This document shows positions 19,143 to 28,869 of a stretch of 64,000 nt of DNA, one piece after another (position 1 is the stretch's first letter; each line of letters starts with the position of its first letter). The stretch comes from Thermoproteota archaeon (GTDB lineage Archaea; Korarchaeota; Korarchaeia; Korarchaeales; Korarchaeaceae), in assembly GCA_027491435.1 (NCBI GenBank), contig JAOZFG010000004.1:128001-192000 (forward strand). Direction: 5' to 3'. The notes below the pieces were generated by a model. That model was not told where the DNA came from, searched no databases, and worked only from the letters and a program-made list of their open reading frames with translations. The position numbers and the translations under genes are program-made.

Positions 19143-20057
19143 TTGGATATCTCCTTACTAATTATTAGTTCAATCTATGGGCTCTTCTGGGGTGCAATTC
19201 TGGGATTCGCAGCTGTCGGCCTTACTTTACTCTGGGGCGTTATGAAAGTGGTTAACTTGGCTCAAGGAGAGATGATAATACTTGGATCCTATGTAGCAGT
19301 CATAATATTCGCCATGGTATATAACCCGTTCGCAGGAGCCATTGTAGCTTTACTGCTAGGGTTGTTCGCCGGCTTTCTGGTGTACTGGGCCTTACTTCAC
19401 AAGCTGGTGGGTAAGGTGGAGAAAATCACTCTGAAAATTGAGATGTCCACTCTGTTAGCGATGTTCTCTCTGAGCATAGCCCTGATGAACTTCTACTACT
19501 TCATATTCGGCGATGAGCCTAGGGGGTTTGGCCTCTGGAATATCGGGATTTCAAACATAAAGTTAGGGGCCATGACCGTCAGGACCAACGTGTTGCTCGC
19601 TGATGTGCTGTCGATAGTGTCCATAGTTGTCGTCTACCTATTCTTGGAGAGGACTATACTAGGCAAGTCGATAAGGGCTGTGATGCAAGATGCTCAAGCC
19701 GCTTCCCTGGTGGGAATCGACCCCGTTAAGATAAAGATGTTGACGGCCGTTCTGGGGATAGGTTTAACTACCTTCTCAGGTTTTATGGTGCTCCTCTACG
19801 AATCTGCTGTAACTCCTGATATAGCTCACAAGTACGCCCCGCTAAGCTTCGTCATAGTAGTGCTAGGGGGTTTAGGAAGCGTTATAGGGGCTCTCATAGG
19901 GGGGCTTATAATAGGGCTAGTTTATGGATTGTCCAAGGGGATCGTCACCTTTTACAACGCTAAGATGAGCGATCCCGTAGCTCTAGCTGTGGTGTTCGTT
20001 ATACTGATAGTCATACTGCTTGTAAAGCCCGAGGGGCTGTTTGGGAGGAAGAGATAA
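19143..20057 (+). CDS. livH: Branched-chain amino acid ABC permease LivH-like
   Basis: GLTLLWGVMKVVNLAQGE, GKSIRAVMQD..AASLVGI, VVLGGLGS, KPEGLFG. Confidence 0.9.
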   Translation: MDISLLIISSIYGLFWGAILGFAAVGLTLLWGVMKVVNLAQGEMIILGSYVAVIIFAMVYNPFAGAIVALLLGLFAGFLVYWALLHKLVGKVEKITLKIEMSTLLAMFSLSIALMNFYYFIFGDEPRGFGLWNIGISNIKLGAMTVRTNVLLADVLSIVSIVVVYLFLERTILGKSIRAVMQDAQAASLVGIDPVKIKMLTAVLGIGLTTFSGFMVLLYESAVTPDIAHKYAPLSFVIVVLGGLGSVIGALIGGLIIGLVYGLSKGIVTFYNAKMSDPVALAVVFVILIVILLVKPEGLFGRKR

Positions 20058-21049
20058 TGCTTAAGGAGTTTAGGAGCGTCACCCTGGGTATTATAATAGC
20101 CATCATCGTGGCCATACTTGTGGCCAGGGTACTTCACCTCACGACGCTAGACACCTTGATGACCATAATGTACTTCATGGGAATTGCCCTGTCGCTCAAC
20201 ATAATAATGGGCTTTGCAGGATACGTGAGCTTCGGCCACGCCGTGTTCTTGGGCTTAGGGGGGTATGTGTACATATTGCTGGTCTACTTTCTCGAGCCAC
20301 TTAATCAGCTACAGAGGGCCGGGTTTGGCATAGGAGCCTTACTGGTATCGGTGATTGCAGGTCTAGCAGCTGCTGCCTTAGCAGCAACTGTAGGAGCGGC
20401 CGTTTTAAGGCTTAGAGGGGCCTTCTTCGCCATAGCCACCATAGGGCTGGACTTCACGATCCTATACCTGATGAAGGCCATAGTTCCCGAGCTTAACCCG
20501 GATCAGTTCTTCGGCGGTCAGGTGATCCTTCCCGCTGACAGGATAGTGGACAAGGAGACCATATTCAACGCTTTCTTCATAGCTACAGTAGTCTTGATAG
20601 CAGTCAATTACTACATCAGAAAATCCCCGTTTGGTATGGGCCTCACTGCCATAAAGGAGGATGAGGACGCGGCAGAAGTCCTGGGAGTCCCGACCACATT
20701 GTTTAAGATACTGGCCTTCTCGCTGGCAGCATTCTTCACAGGCATGATAGGCGCTCTCTTCTCCCTGAATGGAGGAGGGGTGGACGAGACCCTATTCGGC
20801 CTGAACCACTCGATAGACATGATAGTCATGATAGTAATAGGTGGCCTAGGGACTGTTCTAGGCCCTATAATAGGCTCCTTAATATACTACGAGCTGTACG
20901 ACCTCCTCTTGGTACACTACCCAGGAGTTAACCTGATCATATTAGGGGTGATAGTGGCTATAATGGTGCTGTTCTTCCCAGAGGGGCTCATAGGGATCTT
21001 GAGGAGGTACAAGATTGGAAACGTTAGGTTGAGGGACATATTGGAGTAA
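20057..21049 (+). CDS. livM: Branched-chain amino acid ABC permease LivM-like
   Basis: GFAGYVSFGHA, LRLRGAFFAIAT, AIKEDEDAAEVLGV, IGGLGT, PEGL. Confidence 0.9.
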   Translation: MLKEFRSVTLGIIIAIIVAILVARVLHLTTLDTLMTIMYFMGIALSLNIIMGFAGYVSFGHAVFLGLGGYVYILLVYFLEPLNQLQRAGFGIGALLVSVIAGLAAAALAATVGAAVLRLRGAFFAIATIGLDFTILYLMKAIVPELNPDQFFGGQVILPADRIVDKETIFNAFFIATVVLIAVNYYIRKSPFGMGLTAIKEDEDAAEVLGVPTTLFKILAFSLAAFFTGMIGALFSLNGGGVDETLFGLNHSIDMIVMIVIGGLGTVLGPIIGSLIYYELYDLLLVHYPGVNLIILGVIVAIMVLFFPEGLIGILRRYKIGNVRLRDILE

Positions 21050-21062
21050 TGGGGGTGAGCCC

Positions 21063-21842
21063 ATGTCAAGTTCAGACGTAATACTCATCGTTGACAACGT
21101 CACTAAGAGGTTCGGCGGTTTGGTTGCCAACAGCAGGGTGTCTTTTCAGCTCAAGAGGGGGGAGATATTGGGGCTGATAGGCCCCAACGGGGCAGGCAAG
21201 ACAACGCTCTTCAACGTGATAACTGGAGTCTACAAGCCCGATGAGGGCAAGGTCATCTTTAAAGGTGAGGACATAACAGGTAAGCCCCCTCACGAGATAA
21301 CTAGGAAGGGGATAGCTAAGACTCACCAGATAGTGAAGCCGTTCAACGACATGACCGTCCTAGAGAACGCCATGGTGGGGGCGCTCTTCGGTAAGAGGGC
21401 GAGGCAAGTCGCCATGGAAGAGGCTAGAGAAATAGCCATGGATTCCCTGAAGCTGGTAGGCCTCGACGCCTTCTCGGACGAGTTTGCGGCTAAGCTCAAT
21501 TTACATCAGAAGAAGATGCTCGAGCTAGCTAGGGCCCTCTCCGCCGAACCAGATCTTCTGTTACTAGATGAGGTGCTCGCTGGCCTTAATCCGAAGGAAA
21601 TAGAGGAGAGCCTTGAGATAATAAGGAAGGTGAAGGATGAGAGGAACCTCTCCGTCATAATGATAGAACACGTGATGCACGCCGTCATGAACATATCCGA
21701 CAGGATAGTGGTGCTGCATTATGGTAGGAAGATAGCCGAGGGAATCCCTGAGGAGATAGCCAATAATCCCGAGGTCATAACGGCCTACTTAGGCGAGCCC
21801 GAGTTAGCCCTTAAGTTCGTTAAGAGGAGGGTGACCAAATGA
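21063..21842 (+). CDS. livG: ABC ATP-binding protein LivG-like
   Basis: FGGLVA, GPNGAGKTT, LLLDE, IEH, VITAYLG. Confidence 0.92.
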   Translation: MSSSDVILIVDNVTKRFGGLVANSRVSFQLKRGEILGLIGPNGAGKTTLFNVITGVYKPDEGKVIFKGEDITGKPPHEITRKGIAKTHQIVKPFNDMTVLENAMVGALFGKRARQVAMEEAREIAMDSLKLVGLDAFSDEFAAKLNLHQKKMLELARALSAEPDLLLLDEVLAGLNPKEIEESLEIIRKVKDERNLSVIMIEHVMHAVMNISDRIVVLHYGRKIAEGIPEEIANNPEVITAYLGEPELALKFVKRRVTK

Positions 21843-22552
21843 AGGTGTTGGAGCTGAACTCGGTTGAAACGGGGTATGGCGAGACCCAGGTCCTGTGGGG
21901 TATAGACCTATCCGTTGAAGAGGGCAAAATAACAGTACTGCTCGGCAGCAACGGAGCTGGGAAGACGACTACTCTGAGGGTCATAACCGGGCTTCTGTTC
22001 CCATGGAAAGGGTCGGTCCTGTTCAAAGGGGAGGACATATCCAGGGTCCCAACCCACAAGAGGGTTGCCATGGGCGTCGTCATGGTCCCTGAAGGCAGAA
22101 GGCTGTGGCCAGAGCTGACGGTCTACGAGAACCTGGAGCTCGGCGCGTACACTAAGAGAGCCAGAGAGAAGTTCGACGAGAGTTTAGAGCTAGTTTACTC
22201 GTTGTTCCCAAGGCTCAAGGAGAGGAAGAACCAGCTAGCCGGTACCCTGAGTGGAGGGGAGCAGCAGATGCTCGCCATTGGAAGGGCCTTGATGTCGGTT
22301 CCATCCGTTTTACTGCTGGACGAGCCTAGCTTAGGCCTTGCTCCAAAGCTAGTGGCGGAGATAATGAACGTCATAAGGAAGCTTAAAGAGGAGGAGAAGT
22401 TAACCGTGTTGCTGGTGGAGCAGAACGTCCACATGTCCTTACAGATAGCTGACTATGGTTACGTGATTGAACAAGGTAGGATAACCCTGGAGGGAAGCCG
22501 GGATGAGTTGGAGGCAAGTGATAAAATAAAGAAGGCCTACCTGGGTATGTAG
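21839..22552 (+). CDS. livF: ABC ATP-binding protein LivF-like
   Basis: GSNGAGKTT, VPEGRR, LSGGEQQMLAIGRALM, DEPSLGLAP, VEQN. Confidence 0.92.
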   Translation: MKVLELNSVETGYGETQVLWGIDLSVEEGKITVLLGSNGAGKTTTLRVITGLLFPWKGSVLFKGEDISRVPTHKRVAMGVVMVPEGRRLWPELTVYENLELGAYTKRAREKFDESLELVYSLFPRLKERKNQLAGTLSGGEQQMLAIGRALMSVPSVLLLDEPSLGLAPKLVAEIMNVIRKLKEEEKLTVLLVEQNVHMSLQIADYGYVIEQGRITLEGSRDELEASDKIKKAYLGM

Positions 22553-22563
22553 AGGCGATCCCA

Positions 22564-23751
22564 GTGATAGAAGGGATCAAAATCCTCGATTTTTCTCGCG
22601 TTCTAGCCGGTCCCTTTGTAACCATGATTCTGGGGGAGTTGGGGGCCGACGTCATAAAGGTAGAGCCCCCAAGAGGAGATGAGACCCGTCAATGGAGCCC
22701 CATAGTCAATGGGGAGAGCGCTTACTTCATGAGTATAAACAGGAACAAGAGGAGCATAGTGATAAACCTGAAGGATGAGAGGGGCAGGGAGATAGTTCAC
22801 AAGCTGGTTAGAGAAGCTGATGTAGTTGTAGAGAACTTCAGGGCCGGTGTCGCTAAGTCCTTGGGAATAGATTACGAAACTCTGAAGGAGATAAACCCCA
22901 AACTCATCTATTGTAGCATCAGGGGGTTCGGAGACAGCAGCCCCTACTCTCAAAGGCCAGCCTACGACATAATACTGCAAGCCATGAGCGGCCTGATGGC
23001 AACTACCGGTGAAGAGGGCAGACCACCTGTTAGGGTCTCTTTCGCATTGTTCGACATAATCTCAGGGTTAATAGCTGCAATCTCAATATTAGGAGCTTTG
23101 ATAGAAAGGGAGAAGACGGGCAAGGGGAAGAGAATAGAGGTCTCTTTATATGACAGCTCGATATTCGGGATGAGCTATATCCCCATGATTTACCTGATGA
23201 CCGGCAGGGTTCCGCCAAGGCTGGGCTCAGCCCATCCATCAATAGTGCCTTATCAGGCCTTCCTGTGCAAGGATGGGAAGTGGCTGATAGTGGCGGTGAC
23301 TAACGAGAAGTTCTGGTCGAACTTCTGTAGGGCCATCGGCAGAGAGGATCTGATAGAAGATGAAAGGTTCAGGACGAATCCGGACAGGGTGAGGAATAGA
23401 GACCTGTTAATCCCAATCCTAGAGGAGATCATGAAGGGAAAGACAAGAGAAGAGTGGATGAAGATATTTGAGGAGTACGGCGTCCCCTATGGGCCCGTTT
23501 ACGAACTTAATGAGGTGTTTGAAGACCCCCATATCAAGTCCTCTCGCATAGTAGTTGAGTTAGACCACGAGTCCCTGGATAAAGTCAAGCAGATACTGTT
23601 TCCTGCCTTATTTGACGGCCGTAGGCTGAAGCCCAAGTCGGCTCCCCCGACCTTAGGTAGTAGCGCAAGGGAGATATTAAAGGAACTGGGTTACCCAGAT
23701 GATCTCGTAGATTCCCTAATAAGCGAGGGGGTAGTTTGCTGTGATAGGTAG
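22564..23751 (+). CDS. CaiB/BaiF (family III) CoA-transferase
   Basis: LAGPF..LGADVIKVE, NRNKRS, ENFRAG, AYDIILQAMSGLM, catalytic D in ALFDIISG. Confidence 0.92.
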   Translation: MIEGIKILDFSRVLAGPFVTMILGELGADVIKVEPPRGDETRQWSPIVNGESAYFMSINRNKRSIVINLKDERGREIVHKLVREADVVVENFRAGVAKSLGIDYETLKEINPKLIYCSIRGFGDSSPYSQRPAYDIILQAMSGLMATTGEEGRPPVRVSFALFDIISGLIAAISILGALIEREKTGKGKRIEVSLYDSSIFGMSYIPMIYLMTGRVPPRLGSAHPSIVPYQAFLCKDGKWLIVAVTNEKFWSNFCRAIGREDLIEDERFRTNPDRVRNRDLLIPILEEIMKGKTREEWMKIFEEYGVPYGPVYELNEVFEDPHIKSSRIVVELDHESLDKVKQILFPALFDGRRLKPKSAPPTLGSSAREILKELGYPDDLVDSLISEGVVCCDR

Positions 23752-25042
23752 AGTTAAGGCCCTACTGTTGCTAACCCTGTTAGTCTTAGTGGGCGTAGCC
23801 CTTTTCGTTTTCATAACATTTACCTCGGAGAACACGTTAAAATCAGAGATACTAGCTCCTAAGAAGACGGAGTACATAGTCGTGGGTACAGTACTGCCCT
23901 TGACTGGGAAGTACTCGATAGAGGGGCTTAACGCTCTCAACGGAATTCAGACCATGATAGAATGGGTAAACGTACACAAGGGCGGACTTAATATTGGAGG
24001 AAGGCTCTACAAGTTAAAGCTGGTCTACTTCGACTCCAAGAGCTCTCCTGAGGAGACCACCAGATTGTACAGGGAGCTTCAGGAGAATTACAAGGTGGAC
24101 TTCTTCTTAGGCCCCTACACCAGTAAGCTGACCGTAGCGGCCTTGAAAGCCGTAAAGGACAAGATAATGATGATTCACGGGGGAGCCAGCGACATGTTGA
24201 TAAGGATGGGATACAAGTACGCTGTTCAGGTGATAACCCCTGCCAGCTTCTACATGAAGGGAGTAGTAGACCTAATCGCTGAGAAGGACCCAAACGCCAA
24301 AATAGCACTCATATATGAGGAATCTCCGTTCTCGCTTTCAGTAGCTGGAGGTGTCCGATCTCAGGTGAAGTATCATAACATGTACGGTAAGAAGATAGAG
24401 ATAGTTTATGATAAAGCTTACAGAAGTCTAGAAGATATACCGAAACTCGTGGAGGAGGCGATGAACTCTGGGGCTACCGTGTTGATAGGAGGGGGGCACT
24501 TTGAAGACAGCTCCTACTTGGTTGAGACGGCTTGGAAGAAGGGATGGAGGCTTAAGGCCTTAGGAATACTGATAGCTCCCGTGTTCCCCGAATTTTACGA
24601 TAGGTTAGGTGAGGCTGCCAATTACGTGATGGCTCCAACTCAATGGGAGCCTTCAGCCAACTACAACCCAATATTGGCCACGAAGATAGGCGTTGAATGG
24701 TACGGACCTCCTATAGAAGAGTTCGTCCACATGTACAAGAACCTAACTAGGGGAGAGGAGCCCACTTATCAAGCCGCTGAAGCAGCTGCAGCGGTCCTAT
24801 ATCTAGTGAGGGCCATAGAAGAGGCTAACAGCCTTGATCAGAAGGCTGTAAGAGACGCCTTCAACAAGCTCGACATTCTAACGTTCTTCGGAAGGCTCAA
24901 GATAGACCCGGCAACTGGTATGCAGGTGACCCACGAGATGTTGATAGTCCAGTGGCAGGACGGTAAGAAGGTGATAGTCTACCCGGAGAAGGTGGCCCAA
25001 AAGGAGCCCGTTTACCCTGCAGGCAGGTGGTGGACCGGTTGA
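23741..25042 (+). CDS. Second Liv-type ABC substrate-binding protein (paralog of 17746)
   Basis: Shares VVDLIAEKDPNAKIALIYE, LIGGGHF, AAEAAAAVL and DILTFFGRLKIDP with the 17746 protein. N-terminal TM anchor. Confidence 0.88.
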   Translation: MIGRVKALLLLTLLVLVGVALFVFITFTSENTLKSEILAPKKTEYIVVGTVLPLTGKYSIEGLNALNGIQTMIEWVNVHKGGLNIGGRLYKLKLVYFDSKSSPEETTRLYRELQENYKVDFFLGPYTSKLTVAALKAVKDKIMMIHGGASDMLIRMGYKYAVQVITPASFYMKGVVDLIAEKDPNAKIALIYEESPFSLSVAGGVRSQVKYHNMYGKKIEIVYDKAYRSLEDIPKLVEEAMNSGATVLIGGGHFEDSSYLVETAWKKGWRLKALGILIAPVFPEFYDRLGEAANYVMAPTQWEPSANYNPILATKIGVEWYGPPIEEFVHMYKNLTRGEEPTYQAAEAAAAVLYLVRAIEEANSLDQKAVRDAFNKLDILTFFGRLKIDPATGMQVTHEMLIVQWQDGKKVIVYPEKVAQKEPVYPAGRWWTG

Positions 25043-25650
25043 GGGACAGGATAGACGCCACTATACTCAAGAGCTCAGCTAGCGTTCAGGAGGTAATTGA
25101 CTTCGCGCTGAAGGTCGATGCAGGTAGGTTTAGGGCCCTAGCCACCTACCCCTTCTTTTATCTCTATATGCAAGGCCTAGACCTGAGGGTGAAAAAGGTA
25201 GGGGTCGTGGACTTCCCCTATGGCGTCTCCCCAGTAAATGTTAAGGTGAAGGAGGCCCTCCTATGCAAGGAGCTCAGGTTAGACGAGATAGATTACGTAG
25301 TTAACATAGCGGCCTTCAAGAGTTTTCCTGGCTATGCCAGGCAGGAAGCTCTAAGCATAACTTCGGCCTTTCCGGGAACCGTCAAGGCCATAGTGGAGGT
25401 CCCCTTGCTGACCGAGGATGAGCTCTCAAGGCTCGTGGAGGAGCTTAGGGGATCTGGTGTCAGCTTCCTGAAGACCTCTACAGGCCTTTACAGGCCTGTA
25501 ACTCCGGAAGACGTGAGGAAGTTAAGGAAAATATCCAAGGGAGACTTCCTGATAAAGGCCTCCGGAGGAATCAGGGACTCGAAGACGGCCAAGAAGCTGA
25601 TAGAGGCAGGGGCTGACGTCCTAGGGACTAGCACCCCCTTCAACTTTTAG
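25027..25650 (+). CDS. deoC: Deoxyribose-phosphate aldolase
   Basis: VVDFPYG, DEIDYV, KAIVE, FLKTSTG (Schiff-base Lys), KASGGIR, GTS. Confidence 0.88.
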   Translation: MVDRLRDRIDATILKSSASVQEVIDFALKVDAGRFRALATYPFFYLYMQGLDLRVKKVGVVDFPYGVSPVNVKVKEALLCKELRLDEIDYVVNIAAFKSFPGYARQEALSITSAFPGTVKAIVEVPLLTEDELSRLVEELRGSGVSFLKTSTGLYRPVTPEDVRKLRKISKGDFLIKASGGIRDSKTAKKLIEAGADVLGTSTPFNF

Positions 25651-26955
25651 AGCCTCCTTCAGTAACGACTCCCCCAACTCAAATAGCCTCTTAAGTGCGT
25701 GAGGAGTTTCCGCTTCCACGTACAGCCTGAACAGGGGCTCAGTACCTGAGGGTCGGATTAAGAACCACCCCTCTTGAAAATCAACCCTCACGCCGTCTAT
25801 ATGAGAAAAGCTCCCGTCAAGTTGGCTTGTTAACTCCATAACCCTCTTCAACACTTCCCCCTTCACCTTATCTGGGCAGTAGTAGCCTCTCTTCTTCCTG
25901 AAGTATTTGGGGAACTTCTCGAATAGGCCGGACGGCCTCTTGGCTAGGTTAACTAGTTTAATTAACGTGTACAGTGGATCCCCATAGAGTAGGTTGTCCG
26001 GCCATATGTACTTGCCGCTCTCCTCAAAACCTAAGAATCCACCTTCTTTCAGAAGGGCATCTACTATGGCCGGAGGTCCTATCCTAGTGTATACAACGCG
26101 AATACCCCTCTCCGCCAGCAGGGTAACCACTCTAGAAGTGTTTATGGGGCAGATCACCACATCCCCTGGCTTACCGTATTCCATGGCCAACAAAGTGCCC
26201 AAGTAATCTGGGGGTATGACTTCCCCCCTTTCATCCACAAAGATCGCCCTGTCGCCATCCCCATCAAAGGAAATCCCTAGATCAGCTCCCTCATCTCTTA
26301 CCTTAGCTCTCAGCCTGGCCAGGCTATTTTCATCTGGCTCGGGTGCCCTTTTAGGGAAGGTTCCATCGAGCTCCTCGTTGTACACCACGTAGTCGAACTC
26401 GAGGGCGTCAAAGACACCCTTTAACGCCCTTACAATGGGGGAATGGCCACCGTCAGCCACCACTTTAAGCTTTCTAGGCTCGATCTCAACCTCTAACAGG
26501 TCCTCTAGGTAGTGCCTATCAGGATCTTCCTCTGACAATTTACCTACGTCCCTCCATGAGGCCCCTCGAGAACTCCCCTCGGACAATATCCTCTCCACAA
26601 GGGCCTCATGCTCCCCGTGGAGCTCTGAGGTATCCTCTTCAAAGAGCAGAATGCCGTGTATTTCTGGGGGCGTGTGAGAACCCGTCACCACCGCTGAGCC
26701 CTTCAGCCCGAGCGACTTGGACGCGTGGAGCGCCGATGGGGTTGAAGTGATCCCATAGTAAATTACGTCGTTTCCCGTGTACATTATCCCAGACATTAAA
26801 GCCAAGGAGAGTAGCTCGCTTCCAAGCCTGGTGTCCCTACCAACCCCCACTGTTCCCCTCGCGAAGGTTGAGAAGGCCATGCCCAACCTCAGCGCCAGCT
26901 CGGGAGTTAGCCTATCCAGAGTCCCCCTTATCCCGGAGGTCCCGAACAACCTCAT
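25621..26955 (-). CDS. Alpha-D-phosphohexomutase family enzyme (probable phosphopentomutase / PGM-PMM)
   Basis: LFGTSGIRG, TGSHTP, FDGDGDR, GFEESG, IRPSGTEP. Context with deoC and nucleoside ABC suggests phosphopentomutase. Confidence 0.88.
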   Translation of the reverse strand: MRLFGTSGIRGTLDRLTPELALRLGMAFSTFARGTVGVGRDTRLGSELLSLALMSGIMYTGNDVIYYGITSTPSALHASKSLGLKGSAVVTGSHTPPEIHGILLFEEDTSELHGEHEALVERILSEGSSRGASWRDVGKLSEEDPDRHYLEDLLEVEIEPRKLKVVADGGHSPIVRALKGVFDALEFDYVVYNEELDGTFPKRAPEPDENSLARLRAKVRDEGADLGISFDGDGDRAIFVDERGEVIPPDYLGTLLAMEYGKPGDVVICPINTSRVVTLLAERGIRVVYTRIGPPAIVDALLKEGGFLGFEESGKYIWPDNLLYGDPLYTLIKLVNLAKRPSGLFEKFPKYFRKKRGYYCPDKVKGEVLKRVMELTSQLDGSFSHIDGVRVDFQEGWFLIRPSGTEPLFRLYVEAETPHALKRLFELGESLLKEALKVEGGASP

Positions 26956-26996
26956 CCGCAGTCGCCCACCCTTATAACTTATAATCTTGGGTTAAC

Positions 26997-27980
26997 TTGA
27001 TCCCCATGAAGGCGGCCTTACTTTACGGTCCTAAGGACATCAGGGTTGAGGAGGTTCCCGAACCCAGTGGAGAGGTGCTAATTGAGGTTGAGGAGGTGGG
27101 CATATGCGGCACAGACAAGTCGCTCTACAGGGGAACCTACAGGCTGAAGAAGAGGCCCCTGATCCCAGGTCACGAGATCTCCGGAAAGGTCGTCTCGGCC
27201 CCAGTTGAAGGGCTTATAGGCAAGAGGGTGACCACGGAGATAAACATCTCTTGCGGAAAGTGCTGGTACTGCAGGCGAGGGATGGAGACCCATTGCCCAT
27301 ACAGGAAGGCAATAGGCATATCCACCGACGGGGGGATGGCAGAACTGCTCAGCGTCCCCTTAAAGCTGGTTCACCCGGTGGATTTACCTCCGGAGGAGGC
27401 AAGCTTCGTGGAACCACTGGCCGCCGTTATAGAGACCTTTGTGATGGCTCCCCCTGAAGAGGGCTCCAATTTCCTGATTCTGGGAGCCGGGACCATAGCC
27501 TTGCTGACCGCTCAATACGTTAGGACGTTCAAACCTGGTGACGTGGTGATAACCGCTAGGGGAGATTCGCCTAAGAGGGAGATGGCCTCTAGATACGCCC
27601 GATTCGTTCCGTTAGAGGAGCTAGATAGCTACAAGAGAAAGGAAACACCGGAAGGAGCTGGATTCGATTACGTGATAGAGGCCACAGGAAGCCCTGAAGG
27701 AGCTAAGCTAGCTCTAGAACACGTTAGGCCCAGGGGAGTGGTGGCCGCTAAATCCACTCACGGCGAGATTGTTGGTTTGGATTACACTTCACTGGTTGTC
27801 AAGGAGGTCTCCCTGGTAGGCAGCAGGTGCGGCCCCTTTGACAAGGCCATAGAAGCCATATCTTCTGGAGTAGTTGAGGTAACCTCTCTGATAACGTCGA
27901 AGTTCTCCTTGGATGAAGTCAAAGAGGCGTTCGAGACCTCCCTAAAAAGGGATCAGGTGAAGGTGCACATCATTCCTTAA
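26997..27980 (+). CDS. Zn-dependent alcohol dehydrogenase (MDR family)
   Basis: GICGTD, PGHE, CGKCWYC...HC, VEPLAA, GAGTIA, GSRCGPF. Confidence 0.9.
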   Translation: MIPMKAALLYGPKDIRVEEVPEPSGEVLIEVEEVGICGTDKSLYRGTYRLKKRPLIPGHEISGKVVSAPVEGLIGKRVTTEINISCGKCWYCRRGMETHCPYRKAIGISTDGGMAELLSVPLKLVHPVDLPPEEASFVEPLAAVIETFVMAPPEEGSNFLILGAGTIALLTAQYVRTFKPGDVVITARGDSPKREMASRYARFVPLEELDSYKRKETPEGAGFDYVIEATGSPEGAKLALEHVRPRGVVAAKSTHGEIVGLDYTSLVVKEVSLVGSRCGPFDKAIEAISSGVVEVTSLITSKFSLDEVKEAFETSLKRDQVKVHIIP

Positions 27981-28869
27981 TGTACGGCTTCCCCAGCGCC
28001 GGCGGTATCTTGGCCTTCCTCATGAAGACGGTCACCACGGCTAGGGTAGCTACGTAAGGAACTATCTTGAACAAGTACGCCATTGACGGGTTTAAGCTGA
28101 CCACGCTAAGGTAGATTGCCAAGGATTCAAAGAACCCGAAAATGAACCCGCCTAGCAGGGCGTTAATAGGGTTCCACTTGCTGAACACGACATTAGCCAG
28201 GGCTATGAACCCCCTTCCAGCGGTTATCTCCTTAGTAAACTGGCCCACCCAATCTAGGGAGAGGTGAGAGCCAGCCAAACCAGCGAGCATCCCCCCAACT
28301 ACCGTAGCTATGGACCTAACTCTCATCACGTTAACTCCCATAGCTTCAGCAGCCTTGGGGTCCTCCCCACAGGCCCTTATCATGAGACCCCACTTAGTCC
28401 TGAACAGGACGTACCAGGATAGCAGGCTTATCGCGACGCTAACTGGCAGCAGGGTGGAGATGGGATAACAGCATACGTATATCTTGGGAAGGGTGGGTAG
28501 CTGAGGGGAGTTACCGTAGGTGCCCCACATGTAAACCAGGGTTACGACGGACATTCCGTAGGCGAATAAGTTCACCCCAACTCCTATCACTATCTGATCT
28601 CCCCTAAGTAGAACCCCTAGGAGGGCGTGTAGCGCTCCAAGGAGAGCTCCGGTTACCAGCCCCACCGTAATGGCTAAGGCCAGATTTCCTGTGTAGTAAG
28701 CAGTGACCCCTGAAGTCAGGGCTGACAGCAACATCGTCCCCTCTATGCCTATGTTCACCACCCCAGACCTCTCCGCTATTATCTCCCCAACTCCCGCTAG
28801 AACCAGAGGTATCATGGGAGGTATAGAGCCCGCTATCAGGTCGGCAACCTCACTCAGCACCTCTACCAA
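27970..28869 (-). CDS. Nucleoside/sugar ABC permease (NupC-like)
   Basis: ERSGVVNIGIEG, RACGEDPKAAEAMGV, AGRGFIALA, PPALGKPY. Confidence 0.9.
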   Translation of the reverse strand: MVEVLSEVADLIAGSIPPMIPLVLAGVGEIIAERSGVVNIGIEGTMLLSALTSGVTAYYTGNLALAITVGLVTGALLGALHALLGVLLRGDQIVIGVGVNLFAYGMSVVTLVYMWGTYGNSPQLPTLPKIYVCCYPISTLLPVSVAISLLSWYVLFRTKWGLMIRACGEDPKAAEAMGVNVMRVRSIATVVGGMLAGLAGSHLSLDWVGQFTKEITAGRGFIALANVVFSKWNPINALLGGFIFGFFESLAIYLSVVSLNPSMAYLFKIVPYVATLAVVTVFMRKAKIPPALGKPYIKE

